From a virus: 64,000 nt of DNA. Both the position numbers and the translations under genes were made by a program. The stretch's first letter is position 1; the number at the start of each line of letters is the position of its first letter. Below, one piece after another: positions 1 through 9,646 of the stretch. Under the pieces are notes generated by a model, which saw nothing but the letters and a program-made list of their open reading frames with translations, had not been told where the DNA came from and did no database searches. The DNA lies in IMG/VR virus record IMGVR_UViG_3300042987_003051, positions 19,075-83,074 of that record. One strand, given 5' to 3'.

Positions 1-77
1 TGACATATTTGAATTCAAATGGGATTTAATTCTACCGTAAAGTATAATAACTATTAGAAAACAATCTGAAATTTATA

Positions 78-839
78 ATGATGAAACATGTAGGATTTTT
101 TTATAGTTGCTTTAAAGAAAAAAGAGCAACAGAATATTCCATCCAACAATTAAGAAATATCTATCCTGATTCTTCAATATACTTAGTATCTGATGGTGGT
201 TTGGATTTTTCATATCTGGAAAATGAATATGAAAATTTAAAAACCTCATTAGAGGAAGATACTATGGGCGATACATTTAATATTACTGCAGGTTCAACGG
301 GATGTGATTATATTGTTGGTAACTATAGAGAAGAATTTTACCAAAAAGCAATAAAAAAATGTGCTTATGCTATTTTAGATAGAATTGTAAGATCTATTGA
401 ATATTGCAATTATCCAGATTGGATGGTAATGTGTGATCCAGACTGTTTGATACGGGGGAAGTTAAATTTTCCTGAAAATGCAAAAATACTAGGTAGTAGA
501 GTAAATTGTTGTTTACCTCAAGGATATCAAAACTTACTAAGGAGCATTCCTGGAGCAGTTCCAATATCTAACTGGGGAGCATCTCCTTGTGTTTTTGAAG
601 TAAAAACTTTTTTAAAGGCATTAGAAAAGTTTAGGTATCTTGACACTACAGAGAATCTTTTGGATAAGTTATGTTTAGAATTTTATGCGATGTATGCTCA
701 TGATGTTTTATTTCCAACATTATTTGCTTTAATCGGAGAAGAAGAAGTTTTTAATTCTGATGTGGTAGAATGTACAAGAAACCCAAATTGGAAAAACACT
801 TTGCATCCATTAGTTCATCAATTTAGAGAATATTATTAA
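78..839 (+). CDS. Putative glycosyltransferase (GT-A-like)
   Basis: 253 aa; 'IYLVSDGG' and DxD-like 'CDPD' motifs; first gene of a glycosyltransferase cluster. Confidence 0.5.
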   Translation: MMKHVGFFYSCFKEKRATEYSIQQLRNIYPDSSIYLVSDGGLDFSYLENEYENLKTSLEEDTMGDTFNITAGSTGCDYIVGNYREEFYQKAIKKCAYAILDRIVRSIEYCNYPDWMVMCDPDCLIRGKLNFPENAKILGSRVNCCLPQGYQNLLRSIPGAVPISNWGASPCVFEVKTFLKALEKFRYLDTTENLLDKLCLEFYAMYAHDVLFPTLFALIGEEEVFNSDVVECTRNPNWKNTLHPLVHQFREYY

Positions 840-841
840 AT

Positions 842-1660
842 ATGATAGGTTTTAATCATCTTGGGCAAATGGGTAGACTTGGAAATCAAATGTTCCAGTG
901 TGCCGGTTTAGTTGGAATTGCAGAAAAGAGAGGATTTGATTATTGCATTCCTGACCATTCAATGTACCATGATTATGGTGGATATCGATATCATGAACTT
1001 CAATCTTGCTTTAAAATGAAAGATTTTGAAGGTAGATATGGATATGTTGATGGTAATATAGTTCAATTAGATCAATATCATTTTTGCGAAGAACTTTTAG
1101 AGGAATGTCCAGATGATTGCACTTTAATTGGATATTTCGAATCTGAAAAATATTTCAAACATATTGAAGATAAAGTTAGAAAAAACTATCAGTTCCTGGA
1201 TTCTATAGTAGAAATATGCTATAATTACGGTAGGGATTATTTAAAAGATAATCCTGTAGGTGTTGTTGTTCGTAGAGGTGATTTCCTTGCAGAACATAAT
1301 AAAAATAGACACAGTGTTTGTAGTATTGAATACTATCAAAAATCTCTAGAAAAATTTAAAGGTAGAACAATTTTAGTTTTTTCTGATGATATTCCTTGGT
1401 GCAAGTCACAAGAAATATTCCAAAATAAAAATATTTTTTTTATTGATGGAGAAAAAAAAATATTCAAAGGACATTTTGATATGTGTTTGCTTACTATGTG
1501 TTCTGATTTTATCATTGCCAACAGCACTTTTAGTTGGTGGGGTGCTTGGTTGTCTTCTAATAAAGAAAAAAAAGTTATTGCTCCCCAAAAATGGTATGGT
1601 CCAGAACTACAACACTTAATACTAAAGGATCAATTGCCCGATAACTGGGAAAGAGTTTAA
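842..1660 (+). CDS. Alpha-1,2-fucosyltransferase-like (GT11)
   Basis: GRLGNQMFQ, VRRGD, FSDDI and IIANSTFSWWGAWL motifs typical of GT11. Confidence 0.9.
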   Translation: MIGFNHLGQMGRLGNQMFQCAGLVGIAEKRGFDYCIPDHSMYHDYGGYRYHELQSCFKMKDFEGRYGYVDGNIVQLDQYHFCEELLEECPDDCTLIGYFESEKYFKHIEDKVRKNYQFLDSIVEICYNYGRDYLKDNPVGVVVRRGDFLAEHNKNRHSVCSIEYYQKSLEKFKGRTILVFSDDIPWCKSQEIFQNKNIFFIDGEKKIFKGHFDMCLLTMCSDFIIANSTFSWWGAWLSSNKEKKVIAPQKWYGPELQHLILKDQLPDNWERV

Positions 1661-1662
1661 TT

Positions 1663-2466
1663 ATGAAAAATATTACAGTTGTTACTGCCCTTTACAATAT
1701 TCAACGGCAGGATATGGATGGAAGAAAGTGGGATGAATATCTTGAGTGGTTTATCCAAACTCTAAAGTTAAATTGCCCTATGGTAATATTTGTTGAGGAA
1801 GAACTTCTTGACTTTGTAAATCAATATAGAAATTCTTATAATACTCAGATTATTGTGCAAAAAATTGAAGATATTCCATACTACTATTTGAAGGAAGAAA
1901 TGGATGCAATCCTTCAATCAAAAGAGTATAAAGAAAAAATAGGATGTCCTGATAGAATTGAGTGTAATTATTCTTTATACTCGATAATACAGTATTCGAA
2001 ATTTAAATGGATTGAAGAAGCGATTTGTGGTAATTACTTCGACAGTGACTATTATTTTTGGTTGGATGCTGGTGCCTCCAGATTCTTTAAAAATTTTGAT
2101 TTGAAATCAAGTTTTCCTGGAAATGCTGCTTTAGAAGCATTATATGATATTGGAGAAAAATTTTTGATTCAGTTAAATACCGAAACCTATCATGATCTTG
2201 TATATTCTGAAGAGTTGAGTAAAGAATATTTTTATGATCCAAGATCATTTGTTTGTGGTACTTTTTTTGGTATGCACAGAAATATTCATTCCACTATATT
2301 AAATCTCATTGAAAAAATATTCATAAATGATATGATAAAAAATAAAAATGTAAATAATGAACAAATTGCTTTAGCCTATTTGGTTAAAAATAATCCAGAA
2401 CTTTTTGTAATTTTTTATAGAAATAACTGGAAGCAGATTGCTTTATTTGAGGAGATGATAAAATGA
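1663..2466 (+). CDS. HtrL/WlaTC (YibB)-like glycosyltransferase
   Basis: ITVVTALY, SKFKW, YFWLDAG, CGTFFG and NNEQ motifs. Confidence 0.7.
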   Translation: MKNITVVTALYNIQRQDMDGRKWDEYLEWFIQTLKLNCPMVIFVEEELLDFVNQYRNSYNTQIIVQKIEDIPYYYLKEEMDAILQSKEYKEKIGCPDRIECNYSLYSIIQYSKFKWIEEAICGNYFDSDYYFWLDAGASRFFKNFDLKSSFPGNAALEALYDIGEKFLIQLNTETYHDLVYSEELSKEYFYDPRSFVCGTFFGMHRNIHSTILNLIEKIFINDMIKNKNVNNEQIALAYLVKNNPELFVIFYRNNWKQIALFEEMIK

Positions 2467-3431
2467 AAATTTGTTTAGTTGGTCCTGGTATTATGCCGAT
2501 CCCTCCTACTGGATGGGGTGCTGTTGAATCTATTATTTGGGAATGTGCTAATGAATTATCTGAGTTAGGGCACGATGGTATGATATTAAATACGCCAGAT
2601 AAAAATGAGATTATATCAACAATTCAAGAAGAGCAATTTGATTTTATTCATATTCACTATGATGTTTTTTGCGATTTGATACCTGAAATTAAAAAAGTGT
2701 CTCCAAACTCTATAATTGCGTTATCATCTCATTATCCATATATCAATCAGTTTGAAAAACACCGACTTGATGGATATGATAAAATTTTTGATTGGATGCT
2801 ATCTAATAGCAACAGTTATTATAATTTTTGTGTTTCTGATAAAGATCTGGAGGTCTTTGCATCCAAAGGAGTTTCGAAAAATCAGTTGCATTTGTTTAAA
2901 ACAGGAGCACAGCATAGAGATATAAAACAGATTTTAACCCCAAAATACACTGATCGTTCAATATGTGTGGGTAAGATTGATAGAAGAAAAATGCAATATT
3001 TTTATCAATCTATAGACACTATTGATTTTGTTGGTCCTATTGGTGATCCCTATAATTTTGATATCAATAAAAATTATTTGGGGGAGTGGACAAGAAAAAA
3101 AATATGTGATAAAATAGGCGAATATGCTAATATTGTTTTACTTTCTGTTGGGGAAAATGGAACACCTTTAGTAATCAAAGAGTCTTTGATGTCTGGTCTT
3201 GGTGTAGTGACTTCTGAATATTGTGCATATGAGTTAGATATTAATTTACCATTTATTACTATTATTCCTTCCGATAAATTAAATGATTTAGAATATATCA
3301 GATCTTCTATAGTTGAAAATAGAAAAATATCTCTTACTATGAGAGAAGAAATTATTGAATATGGAATTGAAAACTTTTCTTGGAAGAAATTAATTGAAAC
3401 TTATTCGAAAAATATTGCTGAGTTAAAATGA
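2463..3431 (+). CDS. GT-B/GT4-like glycosyltransferase
   Basis: N-terminal PIPPTGWGAVE; C-terminal 'E..PLV..E..SGLGVV'. Confidence 0.8.
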   Translation: MKICLVGPGIMPIPPTGWGAVESIIWECANELSELGHDGMILNTPDKNEIISTIQEEQFDFIHIHYDVFCDLIPEIKKVSPNSIIALSSHYPYINQFEKHRLDGYDKIFDWMLSNSNSYYNFCVSDKDLEVFASKGVSKNQLHLFKTGAQHRDIKQILTPKYTDRSICVGKIDRRKMQYFYQSIDTIDFVGPIGDPYNFDINKNYLGEWTRKKICDKIGEYANIVLLSVGENGTPLVIKESLMSGLGVVTSEYCAYELDINLPFITIIPSDKLNDLEYIRSSIVENRKISLTMREEIIEYGIENFSWKKLIETYSKNIAELK

Positions 3432-4420
3432 AAATATCTATAATTGGTCCTGGTATTATGCCTATTCCTCCAATAGGATGGGGTGCTGTAGAAATTTTGA
3501 TATGGGACTACAAACTAACACTTGAAAAACTAGGACATCAAGTTCAAATTGTAAACACTCCTGATTTGAATGACGCTATTGCACAAGTAAATAATTTTAA
3601 TCCAGATTTTGTCCATATTCAATATGATGATCATGTATACTTATATCCACATATAGATTATCCATGTGCAGTAACGACTCATTTTGCTTATCTTGAGAGA
3701 ATTGAAATGATGGGTCCATATAAACAAAGGGTATTTGATGCATTTTCTCAGATAAAACCAAATATCTTTGGATTATCTGAGAGCATCAACTTTGTTTATG
3801 AAAATACTTGTAATATTTCTTCTGATAAATTATTTTTAAATCCAAATGGAGTTAATCTTGACAACTTTAGAACTTCTTTAGAACCAAAGTTCCCTCAGAA
3901 ATCAATTTATCTTGCTACCATAGATCACAGAAAGAGGCAGTTCTTATTTCAAGATATTGAATCTGTCTGGTATGCTGGAAATATAAGGGATGATAGATTT
4001 GATAAAGATAGAAATTATTTGGGCGAGTGGAATAAAGAGTATCTGTACAATAACCTAACCGACTATGGAAATTTAATTCTTCTTTCTGATGGGGAAGCAC
4101 ATCCTCTAGTTTGTATGGAAGCTTTTGCTGCTGGACTTGGTGTGGTAATATGTGAATGGGCTAAAGCAAATCTTGATCTAAGTAAGAAATTTATTAGTGT
4201 TATTCCAGAAGATAAAATAGATGACATTCAATATATTGAAAATCAAATCATAAAAAATAGAGAATACTCTATTAAAAATAGGAAAGAAATTTTAGAATAT
4301 GCTAAACATTTTGAATGGTCTCAAGTCATACAAGATTATTACTTACCTAATGTTGAAAAAATAATTTCTAACTATGAAAATAAACAACAAAATTTAAAAA
4401 CTCTAGTTGGAATTTTTTAA
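3428..4420 (+). CDS. GT-B/GT4-like glycosyltransferase, paralog of the upstream gene
   Basis: PIPPIGWGAVE and EAHPLVCMEAFAAGLGVV; clear similarity to 2463..3431. Confidence 0.8.
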   Translation: MKISIIGPGIMPIPPIGWGAVEILIWDYKLTLEKLGHQVQIVNTPDLNDAIAQVNNFNPDFVHIQYDDHVYLYPHIDYPCAVTTHFAYLERIEMMGPYKQRVFDAFSQIKPNIFGLSESINFVYENTCNISSDKLFLNPNGVNLDNFRTSLEPKFPQKSIYLATIDHRKRQFLFQDIESVWYAGNIRDDRFDKDRNYLGEWNKEYLYNNLTDYGNLILLSDGEAHPLVCMEAFAAGLGVVICEWAKANLDLSKKFISVIPEDKIDDIQYIENQIIKNREYSIKNRKEILEYAKHFEWSQVIQDYYLPNVEKIISNYENKQQNLKTLVGIF

Positions 4421-5209
4421 ATGAAAATAGCAATTAACTTTATTGGCACTGGAAATTACTTAAAGTTTTTTCCGAAATATTATGAGACCTTTATGGAATA
4501 TTTTATTCCTGAGTGTGAAAAAGATTTTTTTGTATTTACTGATGGTGAACTGGGTGATGACATACCAGAAAATATCAAAGTTATCTTCGTTACTGAAGAG
4601 AGTGATATAAGAAAAGAAGACTATAATGATTGGAGCTCCATAACAGTTAAGAGTATGGGGGGTTTAAAAAGATTTGAGCAAATACAAAAAATAAAAGATT
4701 ATCTATTGGAATATGATTGGTATGTTTATCTTGATGCTGATATGTATTGTGGTTCAAACACAATTTTTTATGATGAGTTTTTTGATAATCAAAAAGACTT
4801 TTTTGCTGTCCAACATCCATGTCAAAATACAGGGATGTGTAAATTTACTTCTCCATCTGTTGAAGAACTTCCATTTGAAAGAAATGAGATTTCTTTATCT
4901 TGTGTCAGATATGATGAACAAATTGATGATATTTATGTTCAGGGATGTTTATGGGGAGGAAAAATACCAAAGATTTTTGACCTTATAGATACTCTATCAG
5001 AAAGAGTATCTAAAGATCTAGATAATGGATTTATAGCTTTGGCTAGAGATGAAAGTCATTTAAACAAATATAGAATTGAAAATAGTAATAATTTTCATAT
5101 TTTGCACCCTTCATTTGCTAAACCTGGAGATTATCCTACAGATCAATTTACTTTTGATGCAAGAATTATACATTCTCCATCCGATAAAATGAAAATTTTA
5201 AATTCTTAA
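4421..5209 (+). CDS. GT6 family glycosyltransferase
   Basis: IGTGNY, FVFTD, LDAD, QHP, WGG and DESHLNKY motifs. Confidence 0.85.
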   Translation: MKIAINFIGTGNYLKFFPKYYETFMEYFIPECEKDFFVFTDGELGDDIPENIKVIFVTEESDIRKEDYNDWSSITVKSMGGLKRFEQIQKIKDYLLEYDWYVYLDADMYCGSNTIFYDEFFDNQKDFFAVQHPCQNTGMCKFTSPSVEELPFERNEISLSCVRYDEQIDDIYVQGCLWGGKIPKIFDLIDTLSERVSKDLDNGFIALARDESHLNKYRIENSNNFHILHPSFAKPGDYPTDQFTFDARIIHSPSDKMKILNS

Positions 5210-5211
5210 TT

Positions 5212-6003
5212 ATGGATAAAAATAAGTCAATATTTAAACTTAAAAATTTTGGTCCCATATATTATTTAAATTTAGATGATCAATCAGAAAGAAGAGAATA
5301 TATAGAGTCTCAATTTAAACATTGGGAAATTGACAATTATACTCGTATTTCTGCTTATGATGGTCGTGAAGATGATTTAAGTGATATTATCTCTGGACGT
5401 TATCCTGAAATGATGACTTCAGGTGAAATTGGATGTGTCACTTCACATCTTAAAGCAATTAGATATTGGTATGAAACATCTGATAGTCCATATGCAGTTA
5501 TTATGGAAGATGATTGTAATATTGATATTGCCAAATACTGGAATTTTACTTGGCAGGATTTTATTTCAAAAGTCCCATATTGTTGGGATGTGATTCAACT
5601 TGCAATTATTTGCACTGGAGACATTCATGTTCCTATTCATACTCGGTTTGTAAATGATTTTTCGACTGCTTGTTATGTAATTACTAGACATCATGCAGAA
5701 AAATTAATTAAATATCATGTTCGCGGAAAAAAATATAAACTTGATAATGGAGTAAAACCTAGACCAGTTGCTGATGATTTAATTTATAATTCTGGAGTAA
5801 CATATGCATCTCCATTATTCCTTTATCAAATTGAATTAGGATCTTCAATTCATCCGGAACATGTTGATATTTTTCATAAAAATAGTTATAGTGCAATTCT
5901 TAATTTTTGGCAACAAATGGGCGCTCAGATGACCATAGAGAAGATTACAAATTATGATCCATACCTTGGTCGTATAACCGAATCTTCTTCACAATCTACT
6001 TGA
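5212..6003 (+). CDS. GT25 family glycosyltransferase
   Basis: YYLNLD..ERR, RISAYDG, GEIGC..SH and IMEDD motifs. Confidence 0.88.
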   Translation: MDKNKSIFKLKNFGPIYYLNLDDQSERREYIESQFKHWEIDNYTRISAYDGREDDLSDIISGRYPEMMTSGEIGCVTSHLKAIRYWYETSDSPYAVIMEDDCNIDIAKYWNFTWQDFISKVPYCWDVIQLAIICTGDIHVPIHTRFVNDFSTACYVITRHHAEKLIKYHVRGKKYKLDNGVKPRPVADDLIYNSGVTYASPLFLYQIELGSSIHPEHVDIFHKNSYSAILNFWQQMGAQMTIEKITNYDPYLGRITESSSQST

Positions 6004-6033
6004 CAATACAATATAAAGATGATAGGATAAATA
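6000..6033 (+). promoter_or_regulatory. Sigma70-type promoter overlapping a T4-late-like promoter
   Basis: TTGACA-N17-TAGGAT (6000-6028) followed by GATAAATA. Confidence 0.65.
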
Positions 6034-6035
6034 AA

Positions 6036-6140
6036 CCGAGTGACAAATGCCTCAACTACTTGCTGTAGTCACTTGAATCAACGGAGTCATGTCGAGACTC
6101 CTTACATCCGCAGGTATTATTCTGCGAGAAACTATAGAGG
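6036..6140 (+). ncRNA. Structured 5' leader RNA upstream of the porin
   Basis: Stems GAGTGAC/GTCACTT (6038-6074), GGAGTC/GACTCC (6083-6101) and CGCAGG/TCTGCG (6109-6126) precede the RBS GAGG. Confidence 0.5.
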
Positions 6141-6145
6141 TACTT

Positions 6146-7627
6146 ATGTTTAAATCCGCTTTCGCAGCAACTCTTGCTGCAACTCCACTTGTCGCCGGTG
6201 CTGCGTTCGCAGAACCTTATGGCCCTTATGTGGATATGCCCCAAGTTACGAGCATCACCCAGTTCTCTGATGTTCGTCCTACTGACTGGGCTTACCAAGC
6301 ACTTAACAACCTTGTAGAGCGTTATGGTTGTGTTGCTGGATATCCCAATGGTACTTTTGTTGGTGGTCAGTCGATGACCCGTTATGAAGCAGCAGCACTT
6401 CTGAATGCTTGCCTGGATCGTGTAACCGAAGTTACCGATGAACTGAAGCGTCTGCAGGCAGAATTTGCTGCTGAACTTGCCGTTCTTCGTGGTCGTGTTG
6501 ATGCTGCTGAGGCACGCATCGGCACTCTGGAAGCAACTCAGTTCTCTACCACTACCAAACTTCGTGGTGAAGCAACTTTCGTTCTGGGTGGTGTGGATGA
6601 TTATCGTCCAAAGTCTGGTGAGAAGACTAAATTCCTTGGTGATGATGTTACTAAGACCGCATTCAATTATGATGTTCGTCTGAATCTTGATACCTCATTT
6701 ACCGGTAAGGATTTGCTTCGTACCCGTCTGCGTTCTTCAAACTTCAGTGCTGATCCTTTTGGTTCTTCCTCGTCATTGTTTAAACTTGACAAGGCAGACA
6801 ATACTCAAACCTATGGTAATGATACCGTAGTTATTGATCGTCTGTATTATCAGTTCCCTGCTTTTAACAATAGCACTACTATTACTGCAGGTGCCAAAGT
6901 TCGTAACACAGAAATGGCATGGATCCCAACTGCATATAAGTCTGAGATTCTTGATTTCTTTACCGTTGCCGGTGCTCCTGGTGTTTATAATAAGGCAACC
7001 GGTGCAGGTGTTGGTGCTCTCTGGACTCAAGGTAAGAAAGGATTTGTTGCTGGTCTGAACTATGTTGCTCAAGATGGCGACAGCAGTGAAACCGGGGCAT
7101 TTGATGAATCTGGTGCTCTGAATACTCTGGCACAAATTGGTTATCGTGGTACTAACTATGGTATTGCTTTTGGTTATCGTTATGGTACTGAAGGCACCCG
7201 TGTTCGCACTTATAATGGTCTGAACGGTGCTTCTGGTACTCTGGTTCCCGGTCAAACTTCTAATGGTTACTCCGTGAATGCTTATTGGCAACCTGAGCAG
7301 TCTGGTTTGATTCCTTCCGTCTCTGCTGGATATGGTTGGAATACTGTGAGTGGTACCGAAAGTGCTGCTACTGATAGCGAATCTTGGTTCGCCGGTCTTC
7401 AGTGGTCTAATGTGTTCGTTAAGGGAAATTCTGCCGGTATTGCCGTAGGTCAGGCACCTACTGGAGAGGATCTAGAGTCTTCTACTCTTCTAGAAATCTT
7501 CTACAAGTATCAAGTATCTGATAACATCAGCATCACTCCTGCTATCTTCTACGCAAGTGATAATCAGCGATTGACTGAGGATTCTTCTAATTGGGGTGGA
7601 GTAATCCAAACGAAGTTCACTTTCTGA
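6146..7627 (+). CDS. Cyanobacterial outer-membrane porin (SLH domain plus OprB-type barrel; SomA/iron-uptake porin family)
   Basis: Signal peptide MFKSAFAA...; SLH domain FSDVRPTDWAYQAL...RYGCVAGYP; FSTTTKL; C-terminal TKFTF. Start moved to ATG 6146 (GAGG RBS). Confidence 0.92.
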   Translation: MFKSAFAATLAATPLVAGAAFAEPYGPYVDMPQVTSITQFSDVRPTDWAYQALNNLVERYGCVAGYPNGTFVGGQSMTRYEAAALLNACLDRVTEVTDELKRLQAEFAAELAVLRGRVDAAEARIGTLEATQFSTTTKLRGEATFVLGGVDDYRPKSGEKTKFLGDDVTKTAFNYDVRLNLDTSFTGKDLLRTRLRSSNFSADPFGSSSSLFKLDKADNTQTYGNDTVVIDRLYYQFPAFNNSTTITAGAKVRNTEMAWIPTAYKSEILDFFTVAGAPGVYNKATGAGVGALWTQGKKGFVAGLNYVAQDGDSSETGAFDESGALNTLAQIGYRGTNYGIAFGYRYGTEGTRVRTYNGLNGASGTLVPGQTSNGYSVNAYWQPEQSGLIPSVSAGYGWNTVSGTESAATDSESWFAGLQWSNVFVKGNSAGIAVGQAPTGEDLESSTLLEIFYKYQVSDNISITPAIFYASDNQRLTEDSSNWGGVIQTKFTF

Positions 7628-7634
7628 TAAATAT

Positions 7635-7657
7635 GGGAGGAGAAATCCTCCCTTTTT
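7635..7657 (+). terminator. Rho-independent terminator
   Basis: GGGAGGA-GAAA-TCCTCCC followed by a T run. Confidence 0.85.
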
Positions 7658-7984
7658 ATGGAGATTATCATGTTTAAAAAACTTTTACTTGGAGCAGCAA
7701 TTTTAGGATTTGCTTCTCCTTCATGGGCACAAAGTATTCCTACATTTGGTAATAGTGTAGTTGATATTACTTCAAACGTTTCTTGTCGTAATAAAATAAG
7801 ATCAAAATATTTTGAACTTGGTGCTACAAATATGTCAGAGGCAAATAACAATTCTCAGTGGGCAATTATTAATGGACTGAGAGTTAATGTTTGGTGTCGT
7901 GAAACTCAAGCATTTATTACAGTTGCTGGATTTGCTACTAATGCTATTGTTGAACTTCGTGATGAAATTTCAAAAGCATTTTGA
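7658..7984 (+). CDS. Hypothetical secreted protein
   Basis: Signal peptide (MFKKLLLGAAILGFASPSWA); the likely start is the second Met. Confidence 0.7.
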   Translation: MEIIMFKKLLLGAAILGFASPSWAQSIPTFGNSVVDITSNVSCRNKIRSKYFELGATNMSEANNNSQWAIINGLRVNVWCRETQAFITVAGFATNAIVELRDEISKAF

Positions 7985-7989
7985 TTATT

Positions 7990-8268
7990 ATGTATGACTA
8001 TTGGGTGGTGACTGAAAAATCCACAGGAAGAGTGATTGCTCACTGTGGGGATGAAAGAGATGCTATAATGATGCTTTTACTTGATAAAACAAATAGTAGA
8101 ACTTATCGAAAACAGAAATTTATCATGGATCAAGTGATTGATATTACTTCGGCATATGATAAACAACTTCCAGGTCAAATTGGACTTCCCGAAGGTGAAG
8201 TAAATCAACTTCAGGAGTTTAAAGTTAAACTTCCTGAGGGTGAAGGAGAACCTGTTAGAATTAAATAA
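7990..8268 (+). CDS. Hypothetical cyanophage protein
   Basis: MYDYWVVTEK...; fills the intergenic space in operon orientation. Confidence 0.7.
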   Translation: MYDYWVVTEKSTGRVIAHCGDERDAIMMLLLDKTNSRTYRKQKFIMDQVIDITSAYDKQLPGQIGLPEGEVNQLQEFKVKLPEGEGEPVRIK

Positions 8269-8269
8269 T

Positions 8270-8344
8270 GTAAGCATTTATACTTATAAAGTTAAGAAGT
8301 CCTGACAAAGGGGGTTGACATGACCCCCTTTTCTGCTATATACT
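8270..8344 (+). promoter_or_regulatory. hli promoter region with an NtcA-like box and a terminator hairpin containing the -35
   Basis: GTA-N8-TAC at 8270-8283; TTGACA (8315-8320) inside a GGGGG/CCCCC hairpin; TATACT at 8339-8344. Confidence 0.55.
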
Positions 8345-8371
8345 GTTGTAACAGTTCTTTACAAAACTTAT

Positions 8372-8566
8372 ATGACTGTAACAACGAATGAGTACGGACA
8401 ACAAAATATGTGGGCAAAAGAACCCACAATGTACTACCAAAATTATGGAATGCTGACTCCCAATCAAGTCAAGGAGCGAACTAATGGACGCTGGGCGATG
8501 GTCGGTTTTGTTGCTGGTGTTATTTCTTATGCTATCACTGGCAACTTTTTCTTCGGAATCTTCTGA
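8372..8566 (+). CDS. hli: High-light-inducible protein
   Basis: ERTNGRWAMVGF chlorophyll-binding helix; TGNFFFGIF tail. Confidence 0.92.
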   Translation: MTVTTNEYGQQNMWAKEPTMYYQNYGMLTPNQVKERTNGRWAMVGFVAGVISYAITGNFFFGIF

Positions 8567-8652
8567 TGACTGAAGTAATTTTTACCATCACTGGGGTTGC
8601 ATTTTTGGTGCTTCTGAGTTATTCTATAGAGAAAGTCTGTGAAACTTACTGA
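8566..8652 (+). CDS. Small membrane peptide (28 aa)
   Basis: MTEVIFTITGVAFLVLLSYSIEKVCETY; TGATG overlaps at both ends; not in the ORF track. Confidence 0.6.
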   Translation: MTEVIFTITGVAFLVLLSYSIEKVCETY

Positions 8653-8924
8653 TGAGTGCTGGTATGCTCGGGCAATTTGCAATTGCTCTTGAAAAACTTG
8701 GATGGTCAAATGATGATGAAATTGTCGTTGAGATTGGTGGTGTAGCAGTCACAGGAACTGCCACACACCCAGATGCAAATGCTAAATGGGCAAAACCATT
8801 TGGAACTGTATCTTATCAAAATGATGCTTTCATCATCATAAAAAATAAATCAAGGAACCCCGTAGTTCCTTCTCAACCCAACTCAGAACTTAAACAACAA
8901 CACCCTTATCAAGGAGAAAACTAA
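8652..8924 (+). CDS. Hypothetical cyanophage protein
   Basis: 90 aa, translationally coupled within the hli operon. Confidence 0.7.
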   Translation: MSAGMLGQFAIALEKLGWSNDDEIVVEIGGVAVTGTATHPDANAKWAKPFGTVSYQNDAFIIIKNKSRNPVVPSQPNSELKQQHPYQGEN

Positions 8925-9043
8925 TGGAAAAATTTTTTACTGAAAAAGCTGAACGCATTAATGGTTGGGCTGCGATGATTGGATTCGTTGCTGCTGCTGG
9001 TTCTTATCTTGTGACTGGTCAAATTATCCCTGGACTGTTCTGA
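8924..9043 (+). CDS. hli: High-light-inducible protein (39 aa)
   Basis: MEKFFTEKAERINGWAAMIGFVAAAGSYLVTGQIIPGLF; AGGAG RBS; missed by the ORF track. Confidence 0.93.
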   Translation: MEKFFTEKAERINGWAAMIGFVAAAGSYLVTGQIIPGLF

Positions 9044-9054
9044 TGGAGGTTACT

Positions 9055-9582
9055 ATGCGTAAAGAAGGATACGAAATTCCTCAAGTAGAATTTGTATTTC
9101 GTGAAGCAGGTGAATTTGTAACTCGCACATCAAAAGATCTTTTTGATGGTAAGAAAGTTGTAGTTTTTTCACTTCCTGGTGCATTTACTCCGACTTGTAG
9201 TGCATATCAACTTCCAGGATTTGAAGAAAAGTATGGAACATTCAGGGATCTTGGCATTGATGAGATCTATTGCATTTCTGTGAATGATGGTTTTACGATG
9301 AATGCCTGGGCACAAGACCAGAACATCAAAAATGTAAAACTCATTCCTGATGGTAATGCATATTTCACACGTTCTATGGGTATGCTCGTCAGTAAGTCTA
9401 ACCTTGGTTTCGGTGATCGCTCTTGGCGTTATGCTATGGTCGTGGATAATGGAATCATCAAAAAACTATTCGTTGAAGATGGTATGTGCGACAATGCAAC
9501 CGAGGATCCCTATCTGGAAACAACTCCTGAAAGGGTACTAGATTATGTACGATCTACTGTTCTTGAATTAGAACTTGTTTGA
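9055..9582 (+). CDS. Peroxiredoxin (type II/PRX5-like)
   Basis: LPGAFTPTCS, SVNDGF and RSWRYAM motifs; start at ATG 9055 after GGAGG. Confidence 0.93.
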   Translation: MRKEGYEIPQVEFVFREAGEFVTRTSKDLFDGKKVVVFSLPGAFTPTCSAYQLPGFEEKYGTFRDLGIDEIYCISVNDGFTMNAWAQDQNIKNVKLIPDGNAYFTRSMGMLVSKSNLGFGDRSWRYAMVVDNGIIKKLFVEDGMCDNATEDPYLETTPERVLDYVRSTVLELELV

Positions 9583-9587
9583 TTTTG

Positions 9588-9614
9588 AGGAGGGTGTTAA
9601 CACCCTCCTTTTTT
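9588..9614 (+). terminator. Rho-independent terminator
   Basis: AGGAGGGTG...CACCCTCCT followed by a T run. Confidence 0.85.
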
Positions 9615-9646
9615 AATAAATAGGTTTACAGTATGATTGAAATAAA

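Noticed and set aside
8965-9054. Cys/Trp-rich N-terminal extension of the peroxiredoxin
   Set aside because: Alternate frame of the second hli; the true start is ATG 9055.
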